DNA of 64,000 nt from an uncultured virus (IMG/VR IMGVR_UViG_3300047172_000194) (taxonomy: Duplodnaviria > Heunggongvirae > Uroviricota > Caudoviricetes), in IMG/VR virus record IMGVR_UViG_3300047172_000194, one strand, 5' to 3'. How positions within the stretch are numbered: the stretch's first letter is position 1; each line of letters starts with the position of its first letter. Positions 35,288 to 44,173 of this stretch are shown in pieces. A program made the translations under genes and the position numbers. The notes under the pieces were generated by a model. It had not been told where the DNA came from. It saw nothing but the letters and a program-made list of their open reading frames with translations, and ran no database searches.

Positions 35288-37324
35288 ATGTCCCGCCGTG
35301 TTGGCAAGCGCGCAGCGCCTGCATCCGCACCTGTTCCCGAGACCGAACCCGACCTTCCCGACGCAAGCGAGGTCGCCTGCTTGGCCGAGCCCGAGAAGCC
35401 GCGCCCGAAGCAGGACCCAGCAATTTTGGCGGCACGCCGCATGCTCGCGGATGCGCTGGACGGCACGCATGAGTTCGGCGATGCGCTGGAACGCCCTGGC
35501 TCCGTCGTGGTGGTCATCAGCCCGGCGGCATGCTGGTCGCGGCACCTGCTGCACGCAGTCTACATGCGCTCGGAGCGACTGGAGCCCTACCTCAGGGACC
35601 TGCCCGACCCCTCGAGGAGCACTTCGACCCATGACAGCTACAGCCATGGTCCATCGTGGTACGTGGGCGGCAAGGAAACCAACAAGGACGACGAGTTCTT
35701 GATCCGGATTTGGCGCGGTAAGGGAGTCGTGGCCGTGACCCACGACCCGGCGTTGCTGCCCGCGGCCGTCCTGGAGTCCGAGGATGCCCGGGTGACGGTG
35801 GGCGAACCGGAAGCGGAGGCCGTCGGATGGGCGTCGGGGACCTGCGACGGTGGCCCGACCACGTGGCCGTTCGGGGAGATCAAGGCTTCGGTGACGCCTC
35901 GCATGCTGATGACAAGCTATCGGCACGGAACGCCGCCATCAGACGGGCACTGGCGCCTGCAGAAAGCGCTGGTGGCCATCGCCGAGCGAGCGGCAGCTGG
36001 GAAGCCGACTGCCGCGAAGCCCGCGTGGACGCTCGACCGTCTGCACGGGATGCCGGAGGTCACCGGTTGGGGGCGCCAGCTCGCCGAGGACGTCGCCGCG
36101 TGGCGCGCCGGTCGGATCGGATGGGACGATGTGGACCGCGGCGCGATGCTCGTGGGCCCGCCCGGCACCGGGAAGACCACCGTGGCGGCCGCCATCGCCG
36201 CGGCAGCCGGGTTGCGCTTCATGCCGACCTCGTACGCGACGTGGGAGTCCGCGAAGGGCGGCGCCGACCACATGGTGTCGAAGCGGATGCGGGAGTCCTT
36301 CGAGGAAGCCCGCAGGGAGCCGACGGTCCTGTTCATCGACGAGCTGGACAGCCTGCCCGCCAGGGAAGCCGGTCGGCACAACGACAGCTGGTTCCGCGTC
36401 GTCGTCAACTCGCTCCTCGAGTGCCTCGACGGGTCGGGCGGGCGGGGCGAGGTTGTCGTCTTGGGCGCCGCGAACAGCGTGGACAACATCGACCCCGCCA
36501 TCCTGCGCCCCGGTCGCCTCGACCGCATTCTGCAGGTGCCGTTGCCGGACCGCATGGCATTGGAGAGCATTATCATGGAACACGTGCCAGGGCTTTCCCG
36601 TGAGGAGGCGCGCGCGGTCGCACGCCGCATGGTCGGAAAAACGGGCGCGGACGTGTCTCTGGCGGCCAAGGACGGAAGGAGGCTGGCAAGGCGCGCCGGA
36701 AGGTCGGTGGCCGTGGGCGACCTCCTGGCGAGCCTAGTGGCGGACATCCGGACGACCTGGGAGCTGAGGGTGTCCGCCATCCACGAGGCGGGGCACGCCG
36801 TCGCAGCCGAGGCAATCAGGACGGGCTCGCTGATCGCTGCCTCAATCGCGGACGGCGAGCACCAGAGCGGCGGTATCCGGGTGCAGCCGTCGCCTACGGT
36901 GCAGAGCCTGGAGTACATCGAAAGCCGGTGCATCGTCGGGCTCAGCGGCCGCGCGGCCGAGCAGCTGGTGACCGGCGGCGTGTCGTCGGCTGCGGGCGGC
37001 AGCCGTGTATCGGATCTCGCGATGGTATCCGCCGAGCTGGTCCGGGCCCGGCTGTCCATGGGGCTCGTGTCCGGCATGGCGTGGCACGGCGAGATGACCG
37101 TAGAGAAGGCAGGGCGCCTGATGCTCGACCGCCCGGACCTCGCCGTCTGGGTCGATGGACGGATCGCGGCGCTCTACGATCAGGCGCTGGCCATCGTGGG
37201 CGACCGACAGGGGCAAGTGGAAGCCGTGGCGGATGCGTTGCTCGCACGGGAGACCCTGGACGGTGACGAGGTGCGTGCGGTCATCGCCGATGCGCACCGG
37301 GTCGTGGGGAGGGCGGCGGCATGA
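35288..37324 (+). CDS. FtsH-like AAA+ ATPase / M41 metalloprotease, apparently soluble
   Basis: GPPGTGKT, LFIDE, RPGRLDR, HEAGH, GRAAE, SDL. Confidence 0.85.
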   Translation: MSRRVGKRAAPASAPVPETEPDLPDASEVACLAEPEKPRPKQDPAILAARRMLADALDGTHEFGDALERPGSVVVVISPAACWSRHLLHAVYMRSERLEPYLRDLPDPSRSTSTHDSYSHGPSWYVGGKETNKDDEFLIRIWRGKGVVAVTHDPALLPAAVLESEDARVTVGEPEAEAVGWASGTCDGGPTTWPFGEIKASVTPRMLMTSYRHGTPPSDGHWRLQKALVAIAERAAAGKPTAAKPAWTLDRLHGMPEVTGWGRQLAEDVAAWRAGRIGWDDVDRGAMLVGPPGTGKTTVAAAIAAAAGLRFMPTSYATWESAKGGADHMVSKRMRESFEEARREPTVLFIDELDSLPAREAGRHNDSWFRVVVNSLLECLDGSGGRGEVVVLGAANSVDNIDPAILRPGRLDRILQVPLPDRMALESIIMEHVPGLSREEARAVARRMVGKTGADVSLAAKDGRRLARRAGRSVAVGDLLASLVADIRTTWELRVSAIHEAGHAVAAEAIRTGSLIAASIADGEHQSGGIRVQPSPTVQSLEYIESRCIVGLSGRAAEQLVTGGVSSAAGGSRVSDLAMVSAELVRARLSMGLVSGMAWHGEMTVEKAGRLMLDRPDLAVWVDGRIAALYDQALAIVGDRQGQVEAVADALLARETLDGDEVRAVIADAHRVVGRAAA

Positions 37325-37842
37325 TGACGTGGTTCACGGCAGACACGCACTACGGGCACGCGGGCATCATCAGGTCCTGCGAAAGGCCGTTCGGCAGCAC
37401 CGAGGAGATGGACGCGCACATGATCCACACCTGGAACGCGCGGGTGCGCCCAGGCGACGAGGTATGGCACCTGGGTGATTTCTCATGGGAGCGGGCGGAC
37501 AAGGCGGCCCACGTCCTGTCGCGGCTCAACGGGACCAAGCACCTCATCTGCGGCAACCACGACGGCGCCGCTATCCGGGGGCTTCCGGGATGGGCGAGCG
37601 TGCAGGACTACGCCGAGGTCGTCGTCCAGAAGACGCGGCTGGTGCTGTCGCACTACGCGATGCGCACTTGGCACGGCGTGCACCGCGGAGCAGTCCACCT
37701 CTACGGGCACAGCCACGGCGCGCTCGCGGGCAGCCGTCTGTCGTGCGACGTCGGCGTGGACGCATGGCCGAGATTCTCGCCGGTCAACCTGGCCAAGGTC
37801 CTGGCACACCTGGAGACGCTGCCGGAGCGCCGATGGGATTGA
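37321..37842 (+). CDS. Calcineurin-like metallophosphoesterase
   Basis: DTH, LGD, GNHD, SHY, GHSH. Confidence 0.9.
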   Translation: MMTWFTADTHYGHAGIIRSCERPFGSTEEMDAHMIHTWNARVRPGDEVWHLGDFSWERADKAAHVLSRLNGTKHLICGNHDGAAIRGLPGWASVQDYAEVVVQKTRLVLSHYAMRTWHGVHRGAVHLYGHSHGALAGSRLSCDVGVDAWPRFSPVNLAKVLAHLETLPERRWD

Positions 37843-37876
37843 AATTCGCGGGCTCGGGTGGCCGTCAGCCAGGAAA

Positions 37877-38200
37877 TGTTCCCTTTGGGAGCTTTCCGGC
37901 TGTCAACGTTTCCACTTTGTTACCGGTTAACCCTTTGATATGATTACAAAGGGAACAAAGTAACAGGAAACAGGAATCTAACAGATATATACGAGGAGGG
38001 ATGGGACGGGCGAGAGAGCCTCTCCTTACGTACTTTATTTTCAGAAATAATGTTACTTTGTTCCCTTTGTAATCAGATCAAAGGGTTAACCTGGAACATT
38101 TGGTGGAACACGGGGTAACAATCCAGGAAACATGTTCCCCCTGGGGGCGGAGCCCGGATCTGACCTTCCTTTCACGGCTGGTTCCTGCGCCGCAGGCGCC
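37877..38200. repeat. Palindromic AT-rich origin-like element, copy 2
   Basis: Direct repeat of 11017-11340 at offset 26860; 40-bp arms 37926-37965 / 38051-38090 with one mismatch. Confidence 0.85.
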
Positions 38201-38276
38201 ACGCCGCCGATCCGTTTTGCTTCCCGCGATGGTAGCCTTCGTCCAGGGCATGGAGAGCCCAGGGGGAGGAAGCGAA

Positions 38277-38909
38277 ATGCGCAAGCTATTTGCGGCTCTG
38301 GCGGCGGTCTTCGCCGCGATGAGGACGGTTACCGAAAAGGTCTGGCACGCGGCGTCAGCAACGTACCGGACGGTGACCACGACCGTTCTCGCGCCGTTCG
38401 CTGCCCTCTTGGGTGGCGGCGGCCACGAGCCCGCCGGTCCCAGCGAGACCGAAATCAAGAAGCTGGCGACTGACGCCAGGGCCGCGGGCGAGCGCGAGCA
38501 GGCGCAGAAGTCCGCCATGGACATGCTGGCGACCGCCGTGTCCCGCGTCGCACGCGCCATGCGCGACGGCCGGGAGCCCGATCTCGACGACGCGGGCCTC
38601 CTGGCTCCGTGCCACCTGCGATACCTCCAGGCCCTCCGTAAGGACGAGCTCGAAGTCCTTGCATCGCCGACCGCGTCGGCCAGGAAGGCGTGCAAGTCGG
38701 TCGTGTCGGCAGAGGACGTCGTCGGTCTGCCGTCCCGCGACGAGGCGACCAAGCGCCTGGAGGCCAAGCCCGTGTCACCGGCCGAGTATGGCTTCCGCAA
38801 GCGCGTCGATGCCTACAGGGCGAAGCGCATGGGCTTGGCGGAGGACCTCAGCGAGGAGGTGGTCAACAGGGCTTGCGGGCAGACCCTGTGCGGGCTTGTC
38901 GACGCCTGA
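38277..38909 (+). CDS. Hypothetical protein
   Basis: GGAGG RBS; terminator follows. Confidence 0.55.
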   Translation: MRKLFAALAAVFAAMRTVTEKVWHAASATYRTVTTTVLAPFAALLGGGGHEPAGPSETEIKKLATDARAAGEREQAQKSAMDMLATAVSRVARAMRDGREPDLDDAGLLAPCHLRYLQALRKDELEVLASPTASARKACKSVVSAEDVVGLPSRDEATKRLEAKPVSPAEYGFRKRVDAYRAKRMGLAEDLSEEVVNRACGQTLCGLVDA

Positions 38910-38930
38910 CACGAGGATGCCTGAAAACCG

Positions 38931-38964
38931 GAAGGGCCGCCGGAGTGATCCGGCGGCCCTTCTT
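38931..38964. terminator. Hairpin terminator, possibly bidirectional
   Basis: gaagggccgccgga-gtga-tccggcggcccttc between convergent ORFs. Confidence 0.7.
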
Positions 38965-38984
38965 GCGTCGCTGGGTAAGGCGGT

Positions 38985-39227
38985 TCAGGCCGACCAGCGG
39001 GCAGCCATCGTGGCGCGGAGGTCGCGGGTGCCGACGACCTCGCGGCGGACACGGCCCATCATCGCGGCGGTCCGGCGGCGGGCGGCATCCTCCTCGGCGC
39101 GCTGCGCGCGGGCGGCGGCGACACCCGCGAAAAGGCCTTCGGTGATCCCGAACGCCAGGAGACCGGCGCCAAGGCTCGCAGCGTTCCCGGCCCGGTGTGC
39201 CTCGTAGCTCATGCCCATCTCCCGCAC
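38985..39227 (-). CDS. Hypothetical protein
   Basis: ORF convergent on the terminator. Confidence 0.4.
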   Translation of the reverse strand: MREMGMSYEAHRAGNAASLGAGLLAFGITEGLFAGVAAARAQRAEEDAARRRTAAMMGRVRREVVGTRDLRATMAARWSA

Positions 39228-39290
39228 CGATGCCGCCCGGGATGGGGCGGCGTCCTGATGCCGTAGTATCTAAACGACGGCGTGCGGTAT

Positions 39291-39324
39291 GTCAACATAA
39301 TAACCGTGGCGCGTTGCGGCAGGA
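39291..39324 (+). promoter_or_regulatory. Candidate late-promoter motif (also at 49893 and 61431)
   Basis: GTCAACA-N6-CCGTGGCG[C/G]G-N1-2-GC[G/C]GCAGGA. Confidence 0.6.
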
Positions 39325-39462
39325 TGAGATAAGTTCTCTCTACGGTGCGCTTGGCGCGCCCAGGCGTCCCTCCCGCCGAATCTCCGCTGGGGGCTGGTGG
39401 CCACTCCCCGGCAAGGCGCCCGTGACCCCCCGGTCCGGGCGCCAACTTTTTTCGAGGTCCGC

Positions 39463-40164
39463 ATGCGCCAGATCGAGATGGTCGCGGCCGCCGACCTCAA
39501 TCGCTACAGCAAGAACGCCCGCACCCATTCGCCCGGGCAGCTGGCGCAGATCGCGGCGTCCATCACGGAATACGGGTGGACCAACCCGCTGCTCATCGAC
39601 GAGCGTGGCGGCATCATCGCGGGTCACGGGCGCCTCGAGGCGGCCCTGAGCGTCGGCATCACCGATGTTCCCTGCATCCGGCTCGAGGGCTTGAGCGACG
39701 CGCAGAAGCGCGCGTTGGTCATCGCCGACAACAAGATCGCGCTGAACGCCGGGTGGGACGACGAGCTCCTCAAGCTGGAACTCGGCGACCTGCTGACCGA
39801 CGGCTTCGACATGAGCCTGACCGGGTTCTCCGAGGATGAGCTGGCGAAGATGTTCGCCCCGCTCTCCTCCGCGCCCGATGAAGCCAAGTCGCCCGGCTTG
39901 GACCCCGTGTCCCATCCCGGCGATGTCTGGTTGCTGGGCGGATGCCGGTTCGAGGTCGGCGAGCCGGACGAGGACATGTCCTTCACGAAGAAGGTCGGCA
40001 AGAAGAAGGTCGTGCTCACCGTCCCGGTCGGCCTGGACGCGGACGCCGCGGTCGAGGGCTGGGAGGCGTTCACGTCCCGCCAGGCCACCCTTGAGGGCGA
40101 TGGACGTTCGTTCGCGGAGATAGCAGATGCCCGCCGCACGGAAGCCGTCCGCCGCCGCCACTGA
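39463..40164 (+). CDS. ParB/Srx N-terminal domain protein (ParB-MTase lacking the MTase core)
   Basis: NARTHS..IAASI..GWTNP..IIAGHGR..IADNKIA; PGDVWLLG. Confidence 0.8.
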   Translation: MRQIEMVAAADLNRYSKNARTHSPGQLAQIAASITEYGWTNPLLIDERGGIIAGHGRLEAALSVGITDVPCIRLEGLSDAQKRALVIADNKIALNAGWDDELLKLELGDLLTDGFDMSLTGFSEDELAKMFAPLSSAPDEAKSPGLDPVSHPGDVWLLGGCRFEVGEPDEDMSFTKKVGKKKVVLTVPVGLDADAAVEGWEAFTSRQATLEGDGRSFAEIADARRTEAVRRRH

Positions 40165-40486
40165 CCTCGAGCCGTCCGACAAAGAGCGGAACATGGTCAA
40201 ATTGCTGGCAGCCGTCGGCATCCCGCAGGAAGACATCGCCGACGCGCTCGGCATGAGCCGCCGCAACCTGGCACGGCGCTTCGCCCACGAGCTGGCGCAC
40301 GGAGCCAAGGCGGTCCACGCGAAGCTGGCCGCCAAGGCGGTCACGATGGCGGCAGCCGGTGACCGGACCATGCTCATCTTCGTGCTCAAGACGAAGTTCG
40401 GCTGGCGCGAGAAGGACAGGCAGGGACCTTCGATGGACGCAGCAACGCTCATCGCCAGCGACCCCGACCCGGAACACGAGGATTGA
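40127..40486 (+). CDS. Terminase small subunit
   Basis: HTH GIPQEDIADALGMS; IFVLKTKFGWRE; directly upstream of TerL. Confidence 0.7.
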   Translation: MPAARKPSAAATDLEPSDKERNMVKLLAAVGIPQEDIADALGMSRRNLARRFAHELAHGAKAVHAKLAAKAVTMAAAGDRTMLIFVLKTKFGWREKDRQGPSMDAATLIASDPDPEHED

Positions 40487-40489
40487 GGG

Positions 40490-41806
40490 ATGGCCGCGAA
40501 GAAGATCGCGGCCAAGCCCTTCGGGCCCTCTCGCCCACGCCTCACCAAGCCGCAGTGGGACATCTTCTCGGCAGGGTGGAAGCCGGAGGCGCGTTTCAGG
40601 ACCGCCGTCTGCGGACGTCGCTTCGGCAAGACCTTCCTCGCCGTCGAGGAGCTGCGCCGGGCATGCCGCATGGCGGTTGCCCAGAACGTGTCCGTCGAGA
40701 ACGAGATCTGGTACGGCGCGCCCACCTTCAAACAGGGCAAGCGGGTCTTCTGGCGGCGCCTCAAGAAGGGCATCCCGGCGGCCTGGATCGCGGGCAAGCC
40801 GAACGAGACGGACTGCTCCATCGTCCTGAAGTCGGGCCATGTCCTCCGGGTCGTGGGCCTCGACAACTACGACGCCCTCCGCGGCTCGGGCCTGTGGTTC
40901 TTCCTCGGCGACGAGTGGCAGGACGCCCATCCCGAGGCCTGGACCGAGACCATCCGCCCGATGCTCTCGACGGCCGGTGGGCACGCGCTCTTCATCGGCA
41001 CGCCGAAGGGGTTCAACCACTTCCGCGACGGCTACATCGCCGGTCAGCCGGGTGGCGAGCCCGACAACATGTCGTGGCAATATACGACGCTCCAGGGCGG
41101 CAATGTCCCTCCGGAGGAGGTCGCGCAGGCGAAGCGCACGCTGGACGCCAGGACCTACCGCCAGGAATACGAGGCCAGCTTCGAGACCTACGAGGGCCGC
41201 GTCCTCTGGGCCTTTACCAGGGCGGACAGCGTCCGACCGTGCAGGCACCTGCTGGCGACGGCTCCTGTCATCCACATCGGCATCGACTTCAACATCAACC
41301 CGATGAGCGCCACGGTGTTCGTCGAGGTCGGCGACGTCTCGCACCAGGTGGACGAGATCGTCATCCCCACCTCGAACACCGACGAACTCGTTGCCGAGAT
41401 CCGGAACCGCTACGCGCGGAACGGCAGCATCGCCCATGTCATCGCCTACCCCGACCCGGCGGGCGCCCAGCGGCGCACGAGCGCCCAGGGACGCACGGAC
41501 ATCGGCATCCTGCAGGCATCAGGCATGCGGGTGCTGGCCATGGCGAGCCACCCGCTGGTCCGCGACAGGAACAACGTGACGAACGGGCGCTTCTGCGCGG
41601 CCGACGGAACGCGCCGGATGTTCGTTGACCCGGTCTGCCGGAAGTCAATCGAGGCCTACGAGCGCCACGTCTACAAGGAAGGCACCAGCGAGCCCGACAA
41701 GGGCACTGGTTTCGACCATCTGCCGGATTCCTGTGGGTATTACACGTTTGGCCGCTTTGCCTACAAGGCGCCGACCGTCAGCCACGTGAACCTCATGGGC
41801 CGCTGA
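40490..41806 (+). CDS. Terminase large subunit
   Basis: GRRFGKT, LRG, DE, GTPKG, GIDFN, DHLPD. Confidence 0.93.
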   Translation: MAAKKIAAKPFGPSRPRLTKPQWDIFSAGWKPEARFRTAVCGRRFGKTFLAVEELRRACRMAVAQNVSVENEIWYGAPTFKQGKRVFWRRLKKGIPAAWIAGKPNETDCSIVLKSGHVLRVVGLDNYDALRGSGLWFFLGDEWQDAHPEAWTETIRPMLSTAGGHALFIGTPKGFNHFRDGYIAGQPGGEPDNMSWQYTTLQGGNVPPEEVAQAKRTLDARTYRQEYEASFETYEGRVLWAFTRADSVRPCRHLLATAPVIHIGIDFNINPMSATVFVEVGDVSHQVDEIVIPTSNTDELVAEIRNRYARNGSIAHVIAYPDPAGAQRRTSAQGRTDIGILQASGMRVLAMASHPLVRDRNNVTNGRFCAADGTRRMFVDPVCRKSIEAYERHVYKEGTSEPDKGTGFDHLPDSCGYYTFGRFAYKAPTVSHVNLMGR

Positions 41807-41828
41807 CCCGTCCTCCAGGAGAACCCGC

Positions 41829-43313
41829 ATGGACTGGCAGGCGCTCCTAGAGAACCTGCCCAGGGACCGGGACATGCCCGCCCGGGCCTTCCGGCTGGCG
41901 GCGCTGACCTCGGTCCTCAAGGGCGCGCACTACGCCCACATCCCGCACCCGTTCTCGGACGAGATCAACGGCGCGGGGGAATACATCCCGCTGTCCCAGC
42001 GGCGCCCGTCGGTCCGCAGCGGCCTGTGCACCGCCGTCGTGGACGACAGCGTCAGCCTCCTGTTCTCGGAGGGGCACTTCCCGCAGGTCGCGGCCAGCGA
42101 CAAGGCCACCGCGGAGGCGCTCGCCGCCCTGGTCACGGAGCGCAAGCTCAACGAGCTCATGATCGAGACGGCCACCGCCGGTTCGGTCGGCAGCGCGGCC
42201 ATCCTGTTCTCGGTCCTCAAGGGCAAGCCGTTCTTCACGCGGCTCGACACCGCCGCGCTGACGCCGAAGTGGGACCCCGAGGACCCGGACGCCCTCCTCT
42301 CGGTGACCGAGAAATACAAGGTCTCCGGCGCCGACCTCGCGGCCATGGAATACGAGATCCCGCCGGACAAGCTGACCATGAAGTTCTGGTTCCAGCGCGC
42401 CTGGACGGCTACCGACGAGACCTGGTTCGCGCCGTGGCCCGTATCGGACCTCGAGGCCAAGCCGTCGCCCGACCCAGCGCGTTCCGTCGCGCACGGGTTG
42501 GGCTTCGTGCCCGTCGTGTGGATCAGGAACCTGCCGGGCGGCGACCGCATGGACGGCGCCTGCACCTTCGAGGCGGCGATCGATACCGTCATCGAGATTG
42601 ACTACCAGCTGTCGCAGTCCGGTCGCGCCCTGAAGTACGCGGGCGACCCCAAGCTGGTCATCCGCGACGCCTCCGGAACCGACAAGCAGGTCTCCGGCGG
42701 CGCGGCGAACGCCATCACCATCAGCGACCCTCAGGGCGACGCCAAGCTCCTCGAGATCAACGGCACCGCCGCCACGGCCGCCATCGAATACGTGCGCTAC
42801 CTGCGCGCGCTGGCGATGGAGAGCATGCACGGCAACCGGGCCGACGCCGACAAGCTGTCGGCCGCGCAGTCCGGGCGCGCCATGGAGCTGATGAACCAGA
42901 ACCTGGTGTGGCTCGCGGACCGGCTGCGGATTTCCTACGGCGAGGGCGCTCTGCTCTCTCTCCTGCGGATGGTCTGCGCCGCCTCAGAGGTGGTCCGCCC
43001 GGGCCAGGGCGGCCTCGTCATCGGCGGCAAGCCCGTCGGCAAGCTGTCGTCCGAGGGACTGTCGCTGGCATGGCCGCGCTGGTACGCGCCCACCGCGCAG
43101 GACCGCCAGACCGAGGCGCAGACGCTCCAGGTGCTCACCCAGGCGGCGCTGATGTCGCGCGACACCGCGACCCGCATCCTGGCCGACACGTACGACATCG
43201 CCGACGTCCCCGCCGAGCGCGCCGCAATCCTTGCGGACGAGCAGGCGGCCGACGCGCGGGCCGCGGCAATGCCCGGCCTGCAGACGAAGGCGAACGAACC
43301 CCTTCCGGCCTGA
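41829..43313 (+). CDS. Portal protein
   Basis: Follows TerL; HGLGFVPVVWIRN and SGRAM motifs as in SPP1-type portals. Confidence 0.85.
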   Translation: MDWQALLENLPRDRDMPARAFRLAALTSVLKGAHYAHIPHPFSDEINGAGEYIPLSQRRPSVRSGLCTAVVDDSVSLLFSEGHFPQVAASDKATAEALAALVTERKLNELMIETATAGSVGSAAILFSVLKGKPFFTRLDTAALTPKWDPEDPDALLSVTEKYKVSGADLAAMEYEIPPDKLTMKFWFQRAWTATDETWFAPWPVSDLEAKPSPDPARSVAHGLGFVPVVWIRNLPGGDRMDGACTFEAAIDTVIEIDYQLSQSGRALKYAGDPKLVIRDASGTDKQVSGGAANAITISDPQGDAKLLEINGTAATAAIEYVRYLRALAMESMHGNRADADKLSAAQSGRAMELMNQNLVWLADRLRISYGEGALLSLLRMVCAASEVVRPGQGGLVIGGKPVGKLSSEGLSLAWPRWYAPTAQDRQTEAQTLQVLTQAALMSRDTATRILADTYDIADVPAERAAILADEQAADARAAAMPGLQTKANEPLPA

Positions 43314-43394
43314 AGGCCGCGAACCGCGGCACCCCTCGGGGCCCGCACCGACAACCACCAAACGAACGGCCCGATGGCCACACGGAGAGGACAG

Positions 43395-44078
43395 ATGTCC
43401 ATGACGAACCGCCCCCCTTCCACCGGATACGTGCCCATGTTCCCGACCGGGTTCGCCCAGTCCTACAGGGGACCCGTCTTCGAGGCCGAGGGTGGCGCCG
43501 TCACCCCTCCCGCCGCAGCCGCCCCGGCGGTCGCGACGCCCACGCCTGCCGCCGCCGCCTCCGAGCCGCAGACCTTCTCGGTCGACTACGTCCGTGAGCT
43601 GCGCGCGGAGAACAAGGGCTACCGCCTCAAGGCCCAGCAGCTCGAGGCTGCAGCCAACGAGGCGAAGGCCGCCGCCGACCGTGCGGCTGCCGAACTGACT
43701 GCCGCCACCGCGAAGGCCGCGAAGGAGATGGCGGATGCCGTCGCCGCCGCGAACACCGCCGCGGGGCAGAGACTGGTCCGCGCGGAGATCCGTGCGGGCG
43801 CGAAGGAGGCAGGGCTCGCCCACGCCGACTTCATCAAGCTGCTCGATACGTCGGCCATCACGGTCGACAAGGACGGCGACGTCGTGGTCCCGGCCGACTT
43901 CTGGTCGTCCGCCAAGGCCGCGCTGCCGCACCTGTTCAACGCCACCGGCGCGGACAAGGGCACGACCCACAACCCCGTGACCCCGCCCAAGCCGGTCCCC
44001 GCGACCGGCAAGCACGCCAGGGACATGACGGACGCAGAAGCGGACGCAGCCCTCGAAGCACTCGTCCGCACGCGCTGA
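43395..44078 (+). CDS. Capsid scaffolding protein
   Basis: YVRELRAENKGYR coiled coil, PHLF; between portal and capsid. Confidence 0.75.
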   Translation: MSMTNRPPSTGYVPMFPTGFAQSYRGPVFEAEGGAVTPPAAAAPAVATPTPAAAASEPQTFSVDYVRELRAENKGYRLKAQQLEAAANEAKAAADRAAAELTAATAKAAKEMADAVAAANTAAGQRLVRAEIRAGAKEAGLAHADFIKLLDTSAITVDKDGDVVVPADFWSSAKAALPHLFNATGADKGTTHNPVTPPKPVPATGKHARDMTDAEADAALEALVRTR

Positions 44079-44173
44079 CGCGCGACGCCGGAACCCGCCG
44101 CCGGAGGCCCTGATGGCCGAGGCGTCACCGAACCTCGACCGAAATCCCCGAAAATTCCCGAAAGGAATCCTCC

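Noticed and set aside
11017..38200. Diversity-generating retroelement TR/VR pair or IS terminal repeats
   Set aside because: No reverse transcriptase or transposase is present, differences are not adenine-specific, and both copies are non-coding.
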